A stretch of 64,000 nt of DNA. Source: Takakia lepidozioides. Its lineage: Eukaryota; Plantae; Bryophyta. Position 1 is the stretch's first letter. Each line of letters starts with the position of its first letter. The position numbers and the translations under genes are program-made. Where the stretch lies: NCBI GenBank assembly GCA_030704615.1, contig CM060731.1:28830001-28894000 (forward strand), read 5' to 3'. The notes under the pieces were generated by a model. The model saw only the letters and a list, made by a program, of their open reading frames with translations. It did not search any database and was not told the origin of the DNA. Shown piece by piece: positions 35,685 to 49,700 of this stretch.

Positions 35685-38600
35685 ATGGCCACCAGCTCGG
35701 GACCCGAGGAAGCGCGCCCGGTGACCCCCGCAGAGACTTTGCAGGCAGCGGGAACGGAACAGAGCAGCACCGATGATGAATCCAGCTATGGATTTTCCCG
35801 TCCAGAGATTAACAAGGACGCATTGGTGGGAAGTGTGGACTATTTCGAGCGCCATGTGTTTTTGTGCTATAAAGGCCCCCAGAGCTGGCCTGCCAAGGTG
35901 GAGTCTGCTGACTTCGACCCGCTCCCCCATAGCATGGTGGCTGCATTGCGGAAACACAAGAACGACATGCCCAAGAAGGTGAGTTTCCGGGAAACAAATC
36001 GTTGTAAATTAAGCTCAGTTTGGTTGTTCGATCCACCTAGCGATTTATATTTTCCAATTTGGCGAAGTCTCCGATCACGTCCTATAGTCTCTGCCACTCT
36101 CTACAGCCGCAGGCAGGGTCTTAAATGCCGCTGATCAGCTGGAAAATTGGGGAATTCTGGTATATGTCATGCGGGTCGGCAGTGACCTTGACTTTCATAT
36201 CCGAATATTAGCATCCACCACCTTGTGCAAAGACTTCACTGTTCAAGATCACTTCGATCTCAAGTACGATGGTGAGGAAGGGGAGCTGAATAATTGATCT
36301 CGTCCTCCTTCCCTCGTTATTCTACGATTGGGGGACATTCTCGAGTCAAACTTCAGATTATTGTGTGATTTTGCTAAGATTGTAGATTTTGTGAACGGCT
36401 GTCTGACTGGGTAACGGGCTTGAATATGGCTACAATGATGGATTCTGCGCATTCCTAGGTGACACCACGTCCTTGGTGTGTGTGGTGATTTGCAGACTCG
36501 CCTGACTATTGCGGAAGGGTTCACATCTGATTCCTCTGGAGATGTCCTGATCTTCCCAGATATGTTGAAGTACAAGTGAGTTTTTCTGCTTTCATCCTCG
36601 TATACGTTACTTCACTGTCATGCGCGGCGACACTCTGGACCCAGCAGGACTTTGGTTTGTGTATGCAGTTTGGCTGGTTAGAATGGCCTGCATATTTTAC
36701 TGAAGATTAGGGTACAATGTTGGGTGCTTGTGATCAGGTGATGTTGAAATGTAGCCTGGACTTATGTGCTTTTATGTGGTAGGGGACTGGGCCATTCGGA
36801 CATTGAGTCATTTGTGGATGAAGTCCTGGTGGCGGGCAAGGAGTGGGCACTGGGCAATGCAGAGCCACTAGTGGGTAGCCATGTGTTTATTTGTGCACAT
36901 GGCAGTCGTGATAAGCGCTGTGGTGTTTGTGGGCCCCCATTGAAAGAGAGATTTACTGAAGAAATTACAAAACTTGGGCTGGAAGAGAAAGTGTCAGTGA
37001 AGTTTTGCTCCCACATTGGTGGACACAAATATGCAGGCAATGTAATTATCTTCAGCCCCACAGAAGATGGGATGGTGACAGGCCACTGGTAAGGATCGTG
37101 TCCATTTCTCGTTCCACTCCTGAAATGGCAGGTGGATTCTGTAGGTGTTTTCTTAAGTGTCAGGTGCTTGGGCTCCCTGGCAGCCATTCAAGAATATCTG
37201 AGTTTCCCCATGATCTCCTATCCAGACGACATTTGAAAAACTGTAGGGAAACTTCAACTCAAGGTGTCAGTTGGGTCTCTATGGTAGACAATCACCTTGT
37301 CAAAAGGACGATTGTTGCTTGACCATCCAAAGGACCTACAGGTCTGTTGATCCCTTTTATCAAACAAATCTGAGAATTGCCCAAAGTTCTACGTTTTATA
37401 CTGGCAAATCTCAATCTTATTTAAGACCATGCAATAAGCAGGAAACTTCCGTTTGAAGTCGCACATTTCTGCACAAGCAGATGTGTACAGTTTGGTCTGG
37501 CCACATGAGAGCCTTAACATGTGCCTGACTGTCAAAGCACGTGGAATTATGTTGCCGTCAGTAGCAGTGTTTGCTAATGTAGGAGTTGTTTTGGTGAGCA
37601 GGTACGGTTATGTCACTCCAAATCACGTGCCTGAACTGCTGGAGCAGCACATTGGCCAAGGGAAGATTATAGAGCGGCTCTGGAGGTAGGTTTTGTTTCG
37701 CCAACTGGCGGTCAGACGGTGGTAGTTGGAGTCTCTTTTCCTGTGTTTTGCCTGAGTATTTGGTTCCTCCACTGTCTGATATGGGGGAATGTTCCTGTTA
37801 TAACAAGAAATTGCCTTGTGAATGTAAGTTCTGTGGCATTTGTGCTGTTGGTGCAAATCTGGAAGGATCCTCCGCGAGAACTTCAATTTCTTTAGTCTAA
37901 TTGCTATGGAAAGATTCTATGTGACTCCTTGTGAGGGTTATGGGTTCAATATGAATCCGTGTTCATTGTTTTGTTTGTATCCGTGTCTATTTTGTCCTTG
38001 CTTCTTTTTCTTTCTATTGTATTTTTTCTTGTCTCTGTTTTTCTTTACTTCGTTCCCTTCTGTTCTGCCCAATCAGGGTGCGGGGTCTATGGCCGCAAGA
38101 CAACGTCTTATGAGTAAATTCTGTTTTTCTTTTCTTTGCTGTTTTTTCTGGTTTTATCTTCTGGAAAGCCCTCTAACCGCATATGAGATCTTCTCTCTAT
38201 TCCTTTTTAGTTACCTTCAATTGTAAGTATGGAGATATCTTGATACTTTGAGGATACTTTGAGGTTTGGGAACAATGCATCAACGTCTGGTCTGGTTGTC
38301 CGAAGACTTACATTTCTTCTGCCAGGATCTATGATCTGAAGTCATGAAGGGATGTATGATCTGTCTAAATGGGCCACCATGAAAGGATATGACCATTGGT
38401 GGATGTCCTACTTGAGGTCCAAGGAATGTAACTTTTCTTATTGGTACCTCTCCTTTTTTGACCTCACCGTTGGTGGTGGACTGCCACATTGCAGGGGGCA
38501 GATGGGGATGAAAGAGGAGGAGCAGAAGCAGTTGCAGCAACAGAGGCTTGGGCAAGCAGAGGGAGGGGGGTGCCCCTGCAGTGAAAGTCAAGATCAACTG

Positions 38601-38942
38601 TGCACCCGCGAGACTGCCCATCAAAATGGATCAGACCCTAAACTTGACAAAAGCTGCAGGGAGCCTTCAACCCTACTGCCTCGTGTTGGGTCACGAGACC
38701 TACTGCCTCGTATTGGGTCACGAGACCTCCACAAAATGGAAGGGGATGAGGAAGATGATGCTACTATCTTGACACGAGTGTTACCTGTGAAGAAGAGCTG
38801 GCCAGCGCGAGTGCTCAAGATGCCTAAGTGGGCTCAGGACTGGGAGAGCGAGGATATCAAGGCGGCCCTGGCTGTCGTGGGAGCTGCTACATGTGTGGCT
38901 GTTGCTTATTTTCTGTACCGGAACTCAACCAAGCAGCAGTGA
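35685..38942 (+). CDS. Sucrase/ferredoxin-like protein (Aim32/Apd1-type thioredoxin-like [2Fe-2S] ferredoxin), about 403 aa, 5 exons
   Basis: Exons 35685-35978, 36496-36575, 36783-37088, 37602-37685 and 38495-38942 (GT-AG, phases compatible). Motifs YGFSRPE, RHVFLCY, DVLIFPDM, VFICAHGSRDKRCGVCG, CSHIGGHKYAGNVII, WYGYVTP and LWRGQMG. Confidence 0.93.
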
Positions 38943-40723
38943 TGGTAATTCTTGAAGGTTTTTTGTTGCATCACAGGAAGGGATGACATGCTTGTCAGCT
39001 GTTCATTGCAAGGCGACAACTTGCCCAAAGTGCACATGGGTAGATTAATGGACAGAAGCTCTCCATCTACACGATTCTGTAGTCGCGTACGGTGAATCTA
39101 GCTTGTACTCTTTACGTTTTTTACTGCGCTCATCAGGGCTCTAATTGGATAGGAGCTTGTACCTCTGCTGGTAGTGTACAAGGACACTTGCTTCCATAGC
39201 AGCACACATATATGTGGTCCACCAGGTATTCATGAGGTTGATATGTTGTGTATGTCTGGTTCTGACTTGTAACCTACGGCATCTTCTGCAATGTCAAGCA
39301 AAACCATCATCTTCGGCACAATCAGGGTGAGCTTTGGCACTTAACAGCTGTGTTGTTGGTTGCTTTCCACTGGCGATCTGGGACATTGTGTTCCCAGAGA
39401 CTAAACTCAGAGAAGGTGTCACTTGGGAGGAAAAGGGTGCCTGGTGGTAGGAGAAGATGATATCAGGCAGGTGCTAAGTTGTGGGTTGTAAAACAAGTGG
39501 CAACTGCAATATTTGCTGGCCTCTGTCATAAGGTAGAGACTATACATTGATCTACTAGTCCCACGTCTCCATTGTGTTACTATATACTCTTGTGCACCTT
39601 TTCTTTGGATGAGCTGCATTCTCATTTCCTGTACTTTAAAAGGCTGACTCTCCCAACAGCTGATCATGACCTTATGATTTTCAGGTGAGCTCTCCCTCGG
39701 ACATAGAGGGACTAGCAGGCCTTTTTACCTGTGAGCGTAATAAGATTTGAAAACCAAAATCATAAAACCATGTGGTCAGACACACATTAATCTCTCTCTC
39801 CCTTTCAATTCTGAGCCAGCAGAGTATCCACAGTCAAGTTGTCCTAACTCAAATAGGGAGTGATTACTAAGCATTTGTAGAAAAGTGCATTAAGTCGAGT
39901 GTGGGAAATGGTGTCTTGCTGTTGCCCTTTGTAGTATCACACAGTCCACTTCACATATCTCGGACTATACTATTAAGTGTTGTGTTCATACAGTTTTGGC
40001 AGGATACTGGAAATAGCTTCATGTTTCAGTCATTCAAAAAATCTAAGGATGCAAAGTCCTCAAGGATCTCTACTGGGTGTGTGATTACATGCCAACTTTT
40101 TGGAGGAGATATAGTGCGCCAAGGGCAGCTGAGAGTTGTTTCTACGGAGCATTTCTGCAATAACCAATGCTCACTTCTCAAACTTTCAGTGTTCACTCTC
40201 CAATTTTTGGTGCAGCAATGGCAGCTCCTGACACCTGTTTTCTGCCATCTAATGGCAGCTCTCTGGGGTTGCTCTCACTTTGCATATGTCCCATAAGGGC
40301 ATGTAAAGGGAGTGCTAGGTACCCCAAAACCAGACACCTAAGATGCCAAGAAGAGATGCCAAGGTCCAGAGAGAGGAAAAAAAAATAGAAGACACAGAAA
40401 ACAAGACAAGGCCGTTGACCATGATACAGAAAACAACACCAACTAGAGAAGTAAAATGTGTCTAACACTTCAGCCCCCCTTCAAAATTCTTAGTTTTAGA
40501 GCTTAGGATGGCGTATATTCCTTTGAATACAGTATTTAAAAGCAGTGATTTACCTGGTAGGGTGGAGCCATTTCGCTTGTTGTTGTTGGTAGAGCGACAG
40601 CTCGGGTTGACTGTGAAGGGTGTGTGATTGAGGCAAGGAGCGATGGTGTGAGGTTGATCAACACAGACAAGCAATTGGGTTAGGTTGCTTCGACTGACCT
40701 GCGAGTGAGCGGATACTAGGACG

Positions 40724-43700
40724 ATGGAGGTGAGTTCAGGAGGAGGTCAATCCATCAGCAGCATGCGCGTGGCCATCCAAGACCTCTTCAATGTTTATCT
40801 GGGGGTGAGTTTCGAATCCTGAGAGCTGACCCATAAGCATATCTGAAGCAAGAAGTAGTGAACTGCTGAGAGGCTTGTCAGACATTCAGTCAGCTCCAAC
40901 GGTTGGCAATAGAGAGAGGGAGAGATTGTATTTAGCTAAGGACGTCGAGGTCGAGGTGTGAAGATGTATTTGCAACCTGTGATCTGAGTGCGAAGCACAT
41001 GGAATGGCAGCTAATTTCCTGTCTTATCTTGCACTTCTGCGTGCATTTTCATGAGCTTCAATTTCATTGGGTTATAGTTTGTGTTTCTCATCAATGGAAG
41101 TACTGGGGTTACACAACGCTGCACAACTTGAAGACGCAAGTAAAATTTGTTTTCGAGCTGCAAGGTGCAAGTTTTAGTAAGATTGGGATTTTTTTTCCCC
41201 CATCATGAGCTTGAGAAGGTCGACGCCTAAAGTTCAGTTAGCAGACTCGGCGCAATGCGGCCGAAATCCTTAACTTAGTTTGGGTGGCAAGCCACAAAGT
41301 GGCTGGTTTGGCTCCAGTCTGGAGGCTTTGGCTTCCTTATGTGTTATGCACTAGTCTGTTTTTTGACTCGTTGCAACCCTTGCTTGTCTTGCATTTGCAG
41401 CGAAGCCTGAATAGCAAAATGGATGGTTCAAGAGAGAATCCGTAAGTGTTGTTTCTTGTCCATGCTCTACTTCAGCTCGGATGATCTGATTGTTTCACTG
41501 TCTCCTCTCTCTCACCTCCATCTATTGACTAGGAGGAGGCTGGAAAATTGCACCTTCAAGTTTATTGCCGTTGCGTTAGTGTTATGATGAATTGCGCATT
41601 GAACAATGGGCGCAGGACATCTTCACTGCCGAAAAGAGTGTCAGTCAGTAGCAGACCTACTCCCAAGGATGAGCAATTTTCGAGTGACTTTTTGCAGCTG
41701 CAATCCCAGTTTATGGTGAAAATTATGGAAATTTTTGTCAAATATTTCTTTGAATTCTTGAGGTTGTTTGGCTCATTTCAGCTTACATCGTTTGGTTCCT
41801 GTTTCCAGAAACCTTCAATTGTTCAGATAGTGCCTTTTGGGCACATCCTAGGCTGTTTGTCCATAACCTGACCAGAGGAAGAATTGAATTTGCCTTTGCA
41901 ATGGAATCCCACTAGGTATTGTAAGTGAATTGAGGAGCTAAACTGTCTAAGTTCACTTGGTTGGGGGAAAAGGACCAGGAGCAGGGTCGGGCAGTGACGG
42001 AGGCAGTAACAGCAACGCTGTTGGTGCAATGCAGTAGCCATGCGCTGCAGGCTGATTTCCTTCTCTCAGCTTTGCAAATGCTCACCAATCTTGGTGTTAT
42101 TCGCTGGGACTCCTTTCTGCCCATGTTGCTACGTGCTTCGGTGACAGCTGAGATGAGTGGCTTGTCAACACTGGGACCTGTGCAGGCAGGTAGCATGGGG
42201 TCTGTTGGGGGCCCACCAGCTGGCCCTGTGTCATTACTCATGGCAGGAGCATCTGGAGCAGCTGCAGCTTCCTCCCCTGCTTCTCCCTCTCCCTCTTCCA
42301 ATCTCTTGACCTCACCTGCGCATGCAAGTCTAGCTGCATCGCCAGCCCATTCACCACTTGTCCTTGTGTCTGGAAATGTGTCCCAGTTGTCTTCAACCAG
42401 CAATGTGACCGTGCCGGGAGTGAAAGTACTAAACTGGTTGCGGCCATTGGTGTGCAAAGTAATGCTTGTTGCTTTGGAGGGAGACCTGAAGCCTGTGACC
42501 TGCCTCGATATTCTCTTGCAAATAATTCAATGGATTCACAGTTGGGATACTAAGGGTGAGACGAAGAAGGAAGATGAAGGCAATAGCAGGCCTAGAGTAC
42601 AGAAGTTGGAGTCAGTGACGTGGCTTCATAGTTGTGTGGATGTCATTTGGGCATTAATTGACGAGAGCAAGTGCCGCGTCCCATTCTACGCATTGCTCCA
42701 TGACCGCACTGAGCTGCAGGTCTGTATGTGTGGTCTGTGTTCTTGAGTAGGACTGGATGGATTCCCTTCTGGCCATGTGGGTGAAGGGCATGGTACCATT
42801 GCTGCAGGAAATTTTCACTGTCATGGGCCCTTAACTACTCTTAGCCCCACTGGGATTGTCGCAGCAAGTGACACCAGGGATGATGCACGCAATTGTCACC
42901 GAGCCTTGTTACAGGGTTGAGCAGGGTTCTGTGGCTATTTGAACAGTTTGGGTTCTCCATTATCATGAGTGTTCAAAATACAGGCTCCTGAGCATCATCC
43001 TAACTGAGATGGTTTGGACTGCTGCAGGTTGAGCAGTGGCTGGAGGATGAAGTACTTCTTGCACTTTACCTGGAGGTGCACCGCAGACGTGACAAAATAG
43101 CTCTGCACATGATGCCGCTAGACCAGCACTTACACTGTCCCACCTTTGCCACACTTCGCATTGCTCCCTTCACCTATCCTGGTATCATGGGCGAGCCTCT
43201 GCATGGCGAGGTCTATCCTGACCTGCACTCTGTTTTGTGTGTCAAAGTTGTTGGACAGCTTTCATATAGTACACGTGGGGAGAGTCAGGCACGGTGCCCA
43301 GGTGTACAGCGTGTCTGCATTAGAACAAGAGGAATCCCCTCAAAATGAGTGCTTCCTTGCATCTGAGTATGACCTAAACTTAATGGCAACATTATGTTTG
43401 CTCTTCCATGTTCTGGACTTATGTCTTAATATTGAAGCATTTAACTACAAAGCGTTGTAGTTTCTTAATACTTCACCAAGAGCCCTCCAGTGCTAACTAC
43501 CTGCCAGCTTACTAAGCAGTCATAAAGTCTTTCATCATGGTGCAGAGGTTGGGGCCTTTAAGCCACCAGTCCACCCTCTTGAGCATGATGACATCCAAAA
43601 ACATGGCCTAAGAGCTCTCCAAGCTTCATATGAACCAGAAAATTTCCGGAAATTCTGGACACTATGATAGCTTATGAATCAGACTGGATATGATCACATA

Positions 43701-46700
43701 ATTGCCTACCTTCAATTGGTAGGAGAAACTTGAGTTTTTTGAATAAATCTGTAAATTTGAACTGACATATCAAGTGGATCATAACTTAGTAAATTGTCAA
43801 TCTATGACTGCAAATAAAAAGATTTACAAGAGTTTCCAATGTAGGATGTTTGTCAACTTCCTCAAAAGTGTTTTTTGAGTTGTCAAGCTTTGAGATTTTC
43901 ATAACTGCTGCAAGTTGTCACGGAAATTCCTTTGAACAAGAAGTCTAGACGCAGCTGAAGACAATCATTGAGTTTTTCATTGAAAGATGACCAACTTTCT
44001 CGTTATCCCTTAATACTTACGAAGATGTCTTGAAGTCTCCACATTTCTCTCAGGTCCGCCATTGTATGTTCATGACCCTTTTAATTTAGTCTAGTGGCTC
44101 AATATAAAATGGATGCAGGATGTTGCAACAGCAGTGCCAAGGGGGAGCTTGGAGTGGGATAGGGCATTGCGGTGCCTACGACAGGGGCTGCGGGTGGGTG
44201 TGTCAACTGATTGGTGGAGACGGGTACTCGTGGTGGCCCCACGGTTTAAGAAAAATGTGCAACAACCTAACCCTCCCAGGGCAGGTGCCATCTATTTAGG
44301 CCAACCATCTTTTGAATTTTCTGCAGATATGACCTGCGATGCTGTGGTTGAACGCATCATGGAGCTCATGCAACCCCTGACCACAGGCAAAGTCTAACTC
44401 TTTCCTGCTTTTTCAAGAGGTTCTCTTTGTTAAAAGATTTTGCCTGGTTGTAGTGGTATGGACATCCCATCCTTTTTATGTCAGTCTTATCTTGAAAGTG
44501 TCACGCTTTTTCTTCCTGTCCTCTTGCTCTGTGGTTTCATTATGATAAGGTAGAGTTTCGTTGTGAGTGAAAAGATAATCTGATATTTCTGAGTTGCAGG
44601 CAACACGGGTGGAACGGTGGCAATGACAGAGATAGGGAGGTGGCAAGAGTGGTTGATGTTTTCAGACCTCTTCTATTTCTTCATGAGCACGGGCTGCCTC
44701 GACTTCTTGGACTTGATTGACAAGCTGGCAGTACGGTTTTCAAGTGGGGAGCAGTCAGTGATGCGCAGCAATCATGTCACATGGCTGCTGGCTCAAGTGT
44801 TTCGACTTGAGACGGTTTCGTCTACCATTGGCTCTGATTCTCGGAAGGTTGTCCCTCCCTCTTTCTCTGTTGTAGGTGCTTATCTTGAAACTACCTGGAT
44901 GCTCAAGTGGAGGCTTCTTTTTCATTCCATATTGGTCCGTAAACTGGAACCTTATTGCATGCACTTATAGAAATCACCTGAGCCAAAATATAAAATGTCG
45001 ACATGAGCATCTGGAACCGTTCGTTAGTTTCCAGTCAATAATCTTGTGACAAAATTTAATCCAGGTTGGTCTTCTTGTTTTACCCACAAGAGATTTTTGT
45101 GCTTTCAGGTATTAATAATCTGAAAATGCAAACAGGAAAGAGGGAGATGTAATTGAGGGTATTACCTGGTGTATTTCTCCTAAGACACAACCTCTTTTGC
45201 AGGTTGTTATGCATTTGCAAAACAGTATTCTTGACTTGTCTGGGTGGCTGTCATTTGGTGTATGGCATCTGCGGTAATTGAAGGCACTCTTTGCGAAGCT
45301 TTGCAGAATGTCTGTGAGAGTCCTAGTATCTGGGGTTTCAAGACTTCCACAGAACTTTTCAAGACCATGCAATTGTAGATGGGAACCTGAGGAGGATGGG
45401 TTTGTGCTGCAGGTTGAGACAGCTCGCAAGATTCTGGCTTTCAACATGTCAGAGCGATCAGTAGATCAAACTGCCAATGTGACAGCGCAGGCATTGCTGC
45501 TGGATTTTGTTGGCAGTAACCAGATGCTGCTCTTATGGTCCATCGACCGTTCCATGATGGAGCATCTTCATGGTAACCGCATGCAAGAACACATGCAGAA
45601 GGGCAAAGTCATTGACGAGTGGTGGAAGCAGGTCCTGAAAGGTATAGTTGGGACCTTCTACCTTACTTTCCAGTTGGTTTTGTGTTTGACTAGCCTTCAC
45701 CCAGGACTATGAATGCCTTGCATGGGATGCAGGATTTCTGCTTTATGTAGGGAATGCTGAAGTGTTTAGAAACTGACCGAAGTTTTTGGGCTTCTGGAAC
45801 TTTGAGTGCACTGTGTGGTTCAAGATACCATGCACTAGACTAGGATTGTATGTGCCATTGTTGTCAAATGACTTGGGCAGATTCAGTACCTATTACAAAT
45901 TGCAGTGTACTATTTTTCATATGACAAGATTTTTGGAGCACTGCAGCCTGTGGCTCATCTTTGTGCCACTTTTCCCTCCGATGTAGGAGAATTCATGAAC
46001 AATTTGGTTTTAGTTCTCCTTGGGACCGTCCAGGACGAGGTGGTACATTATGATGTCCCAGCGCAGATGGCTTGCACCCCCTCATTCAGCTGCGTCAGGT
46101 CACAAACTGCCACCAATCTTCCCCAGTGGCATGTAGGGGCCATACTGCTGAATGGGAGAGACCCTGCACCATGCAATGACCATCCAGCTGCTTTTCATGT
46201 GGCGGTTTCTCGGATGTGGATGTTAAATACTACTGGACGGGTTAGTTGTTTTAGACTCTCAAACCAGGATCTACCAAGCTCTCACTCAAACAATACAGAC
46301 AAGATGTACGCTCAACAATCTAGACTCACGAAGGTAGAACTTTATTTCAACCAAATTGTGAAGGAAGCTACCACAGTTTCATGGCACAGCTTGCTTCAAG
46401 TGCAGATCCATTTGCATCATAGTGGAGTCTTCCAGTTTCTAGTGTATTGGATAGTTACAGTGGCCCATATACACAAGATTTACTACGTGACCCAGTCCTA
46501 TCAGCCGTGGCATGACACTTCCCATAGTACAATGAATTGGAAGGTTTCATGGTTTTCATAACAAGTTCTACTGTCTATTGAGTACCGCAGGCCCCCAATC
46601 TGTTCGTGACATGAGCCTGCGCCTAGTCTAGTCAGACAGGTCAAAGCCTGGCTGAAAGCGTGACTGTATTAGTGAATAATTTCCAGTACATGGAGACCAT

Positions 46701-49700
46701 AAAATGGGCACTGTGTCATCGTCTCCCCACTGCCATACAACTCAGAACTACTCCTCTGGCTCAAGTTAATGTTGTCCACAGAAAGTTCCCATTTTTGATA
46801 AATGAGAATTTTTCTTACAATTCTACGAAAGAGTTTAGGGATCCAGGATGCATGCCATTGGATGCTCTTAAGACACTCTGGAGATATGGATTTGCAGGAG
46901 ATCGGGTGCTGGACTATGCCATGCTGGATGAGAAGGCCATGGGCATGGTCTGGGTACTTTCAAATACCATGACACAACCTCTTAGTGATGCTCTCATGGC
47001 ATGGTTCAAGTCAAGTGGCGTAGTGGATATTATGCTACCTCCCAATGTTGGGCAGCCTGGAGAGCGGTTGTCCATGGTCCATGAGACACGGGCTTTGCCC
47101 ATGTCACTGCTGTCAGGCCTGTCCTTGCACCTATGTCTCCGCCTCATGAATCAGATTGAAGAGCTCATATTTGCTGGTCAGGTGTGGTTCTATGCAATTT
47201 TTGTACACTCTTGTTTTTATTGCTGGTAAACTTTACTTGGAATAGTCTATTTCTTTTTACCCTTCAAGCCCTACTCCCTTTGATGATTTCAGATAGCAGA
47301 AATAAAGCTTGGGAACCAAGAGTGTGTAGGATCTTCTCTGGAGTCTTCAATTAATTTCTTATCTTTCAAATCTTCAGTTTGAAGCCTGCAGCAAGCATCA
47401 ACACAACAGTTGTGTTTGAATTTTGCAAAGAAGCATGAGACAAGGGAATGTTTGTTTTGTGCAGATTGTACCGAGCATAGCCATGGTGGAAACATACGTT
47501 CGACTGCTATTAGCTGCACCCCAGAATCTCTTTCGGCACCATCTCAATGTGTGTGCAACAACCCCCAAGAGAAGATCTGTTATCCGCTAGTACTTTTCTT
47601 TTTCCAATTCCCCGTGTGGGCCTTGCCTTGTTCTGTAGGCTCCAAATGCAACCAGTAAATCTACCTTTCTCCAAAACAATGTTCTGGAGTCGGTGTCGGT
47701 TTCCTAAGTGTTGCTAAAGGCCCCTGCGGTAATTTCTCAGTGGCAGGTACTTGCAAGGGTATCTCAATTCTGTTCACATCACCGTCTAATGCCAATTCAG
47801 CTTTATTAAGTGTTCACAACACATGAAGGTCCTGACCAGTCCAGACTTGTTATGAAAAAGTTCAAATTGACTGCAAGTAGCACTGATTTCAAAGTGCAAT
47901 TTTCATCCTGAACAGTGTCCATCAGTCAGTCAATGAAATTGTGCTTCGTTGTGCTTATCAACGTTGCATTGTTATGGAACCTTGAGGATTTATGTGTGGT
48001 GAAAGTAGAAAAAACTCCAACTTTAACTTGGGCTGGGAATTTGAGCAGGGAATGATGCAACGATTTCAAGCTGGAACAGCAAAAGCGGGTGTCTCTCTTC
48101 TCCTTCTGGAATTGCTGAACTACCGTCTGTTTCCACTGTACCGGTGAGTTCATACATCTGCTGTTAGCATAGCTCTAACCCAGACTGCACACCACATCAT
48201 TGTGAGGTGCTTTGTGAATGCAATTGACAATTGAAAGAGTTGACTCTATTGCTGTGACAGGGGCTATCTTGTGCAGCAGGTGATACAGTTGGTGATAGTG
48301 TGATAGAGGTTAACAAATGGATGTCTGGGATGTCGGGGCAGGTATCACAACAAACTAAAACAACTCATATTTGACATAGCAAAGATCCTTATCACAGTGA
48401 AGGTCAAACGAGGGGAGCACCGTCTTTTCCGCCTGGCTGAAAATCTCGGCATGAATCTCATCCTTAATCTACGGGAGGTCATGCTGGTGAAGAAAGAATT
48501 GAAGGTGAGTATCAGATGTGCTGTGACAGGACCAATGTTGCTGTCCTGATCTTCTGGATATTGCCCTCATCTCCTATTGACTCCATCAAAATTTGGTAAC
48601 CTTTACTTAGCATGTTGGGAGATCCACACTATGCCAGCCATTTAGAATAATCCTAGATGCTGAGTTTATAGTGCACATGCTTTTAGGTGCTAGTTAGTGG
48701 TTGAATCAGTTCAGATTGCTTTTGCAGTAATAACTCTGTAGTCTTTTTTCATGGTGTCTTTCCAGAGAAGTTTCAGTGTACATAACCAGCAGTCAGTTTT
48801 CAGGGTTGTATCCGCCACATGCGGAGGCCTCATAGCTTTCTGTCCTTCCCTCCTGTGGGCTTGTTTGACTCCACTGTCACTCCCTTGTCATACTAATTGA
48901 CAGGGTACTCACAAAAACAGTAGCTGAAGTCCTGTTTACAGTTTGATATGGCTTGCTGTTGGTCCTTGCCATGGTTATTCTTAATTCTATGTTTGGTGTT
49001 CCAGGGGGCAACAACTGAATTTACAGAGACCTTAAATAGAATTATGGTTGTCAATCTGGCTTTCACAATGAAGACACGAGGGATTGCAGATTTTGAGCAG
49101 ATGTTGATCCTGAAACCAGCTCTCGAGCAGATCCTGACCAGCAGTCAGCACACGTGGTCAGAAAAGACCATGCGCCACTTTCCTGCACTGCTACGGGATG
49201 CACTTGCGGGCCGCCCTGATAAACGTGCCCAAGTCCTTCAATCTTGGCAACAGGTAACCATAGTGTCAGATAGCCATATTGTCCATTGCCCATGAATTTG
49301 ACCAAGGTTCTTGTGGAGGTGTGTCTTGCCTGGCTGCTTTCGTAAGTCCCACTTGTGAGAAAGCTGGATGAGTTTGTATGCTTTCTTTGTGTACACTGTT
49401 TATGTTGCCAATTGATTTTTTTATTCGTGAGGTGAATGTGCATCAGAACAAAATAGATACCACTGGATAGTTTTCAGTGTCTGAGATTATGCACCAGCGT
49501 AGGGCATTTCCAATAGCACTCATTCTGTAACTCGGCTCTATGTTGAGCACTGTATGCTGACAGATTTGGACTTGGCTGTGACAGGCCGAAGCCACGGTGA
49601 TGAACCACTGTCGGCAGATGCTGGTGGCTAGTGCAGACCCTTCGTATGTTGTCACATACATCAACCACAGCCTTCCACAGCACCGCCAATTCCTGTGTGC

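Noticed and set aside
45905-46561. 218-aa ORF inside a MED23 intron
   Set aside because: No recognisable domain; faint antisense similarity to a LINE endonuclease (CVYGP) is too weak to call.
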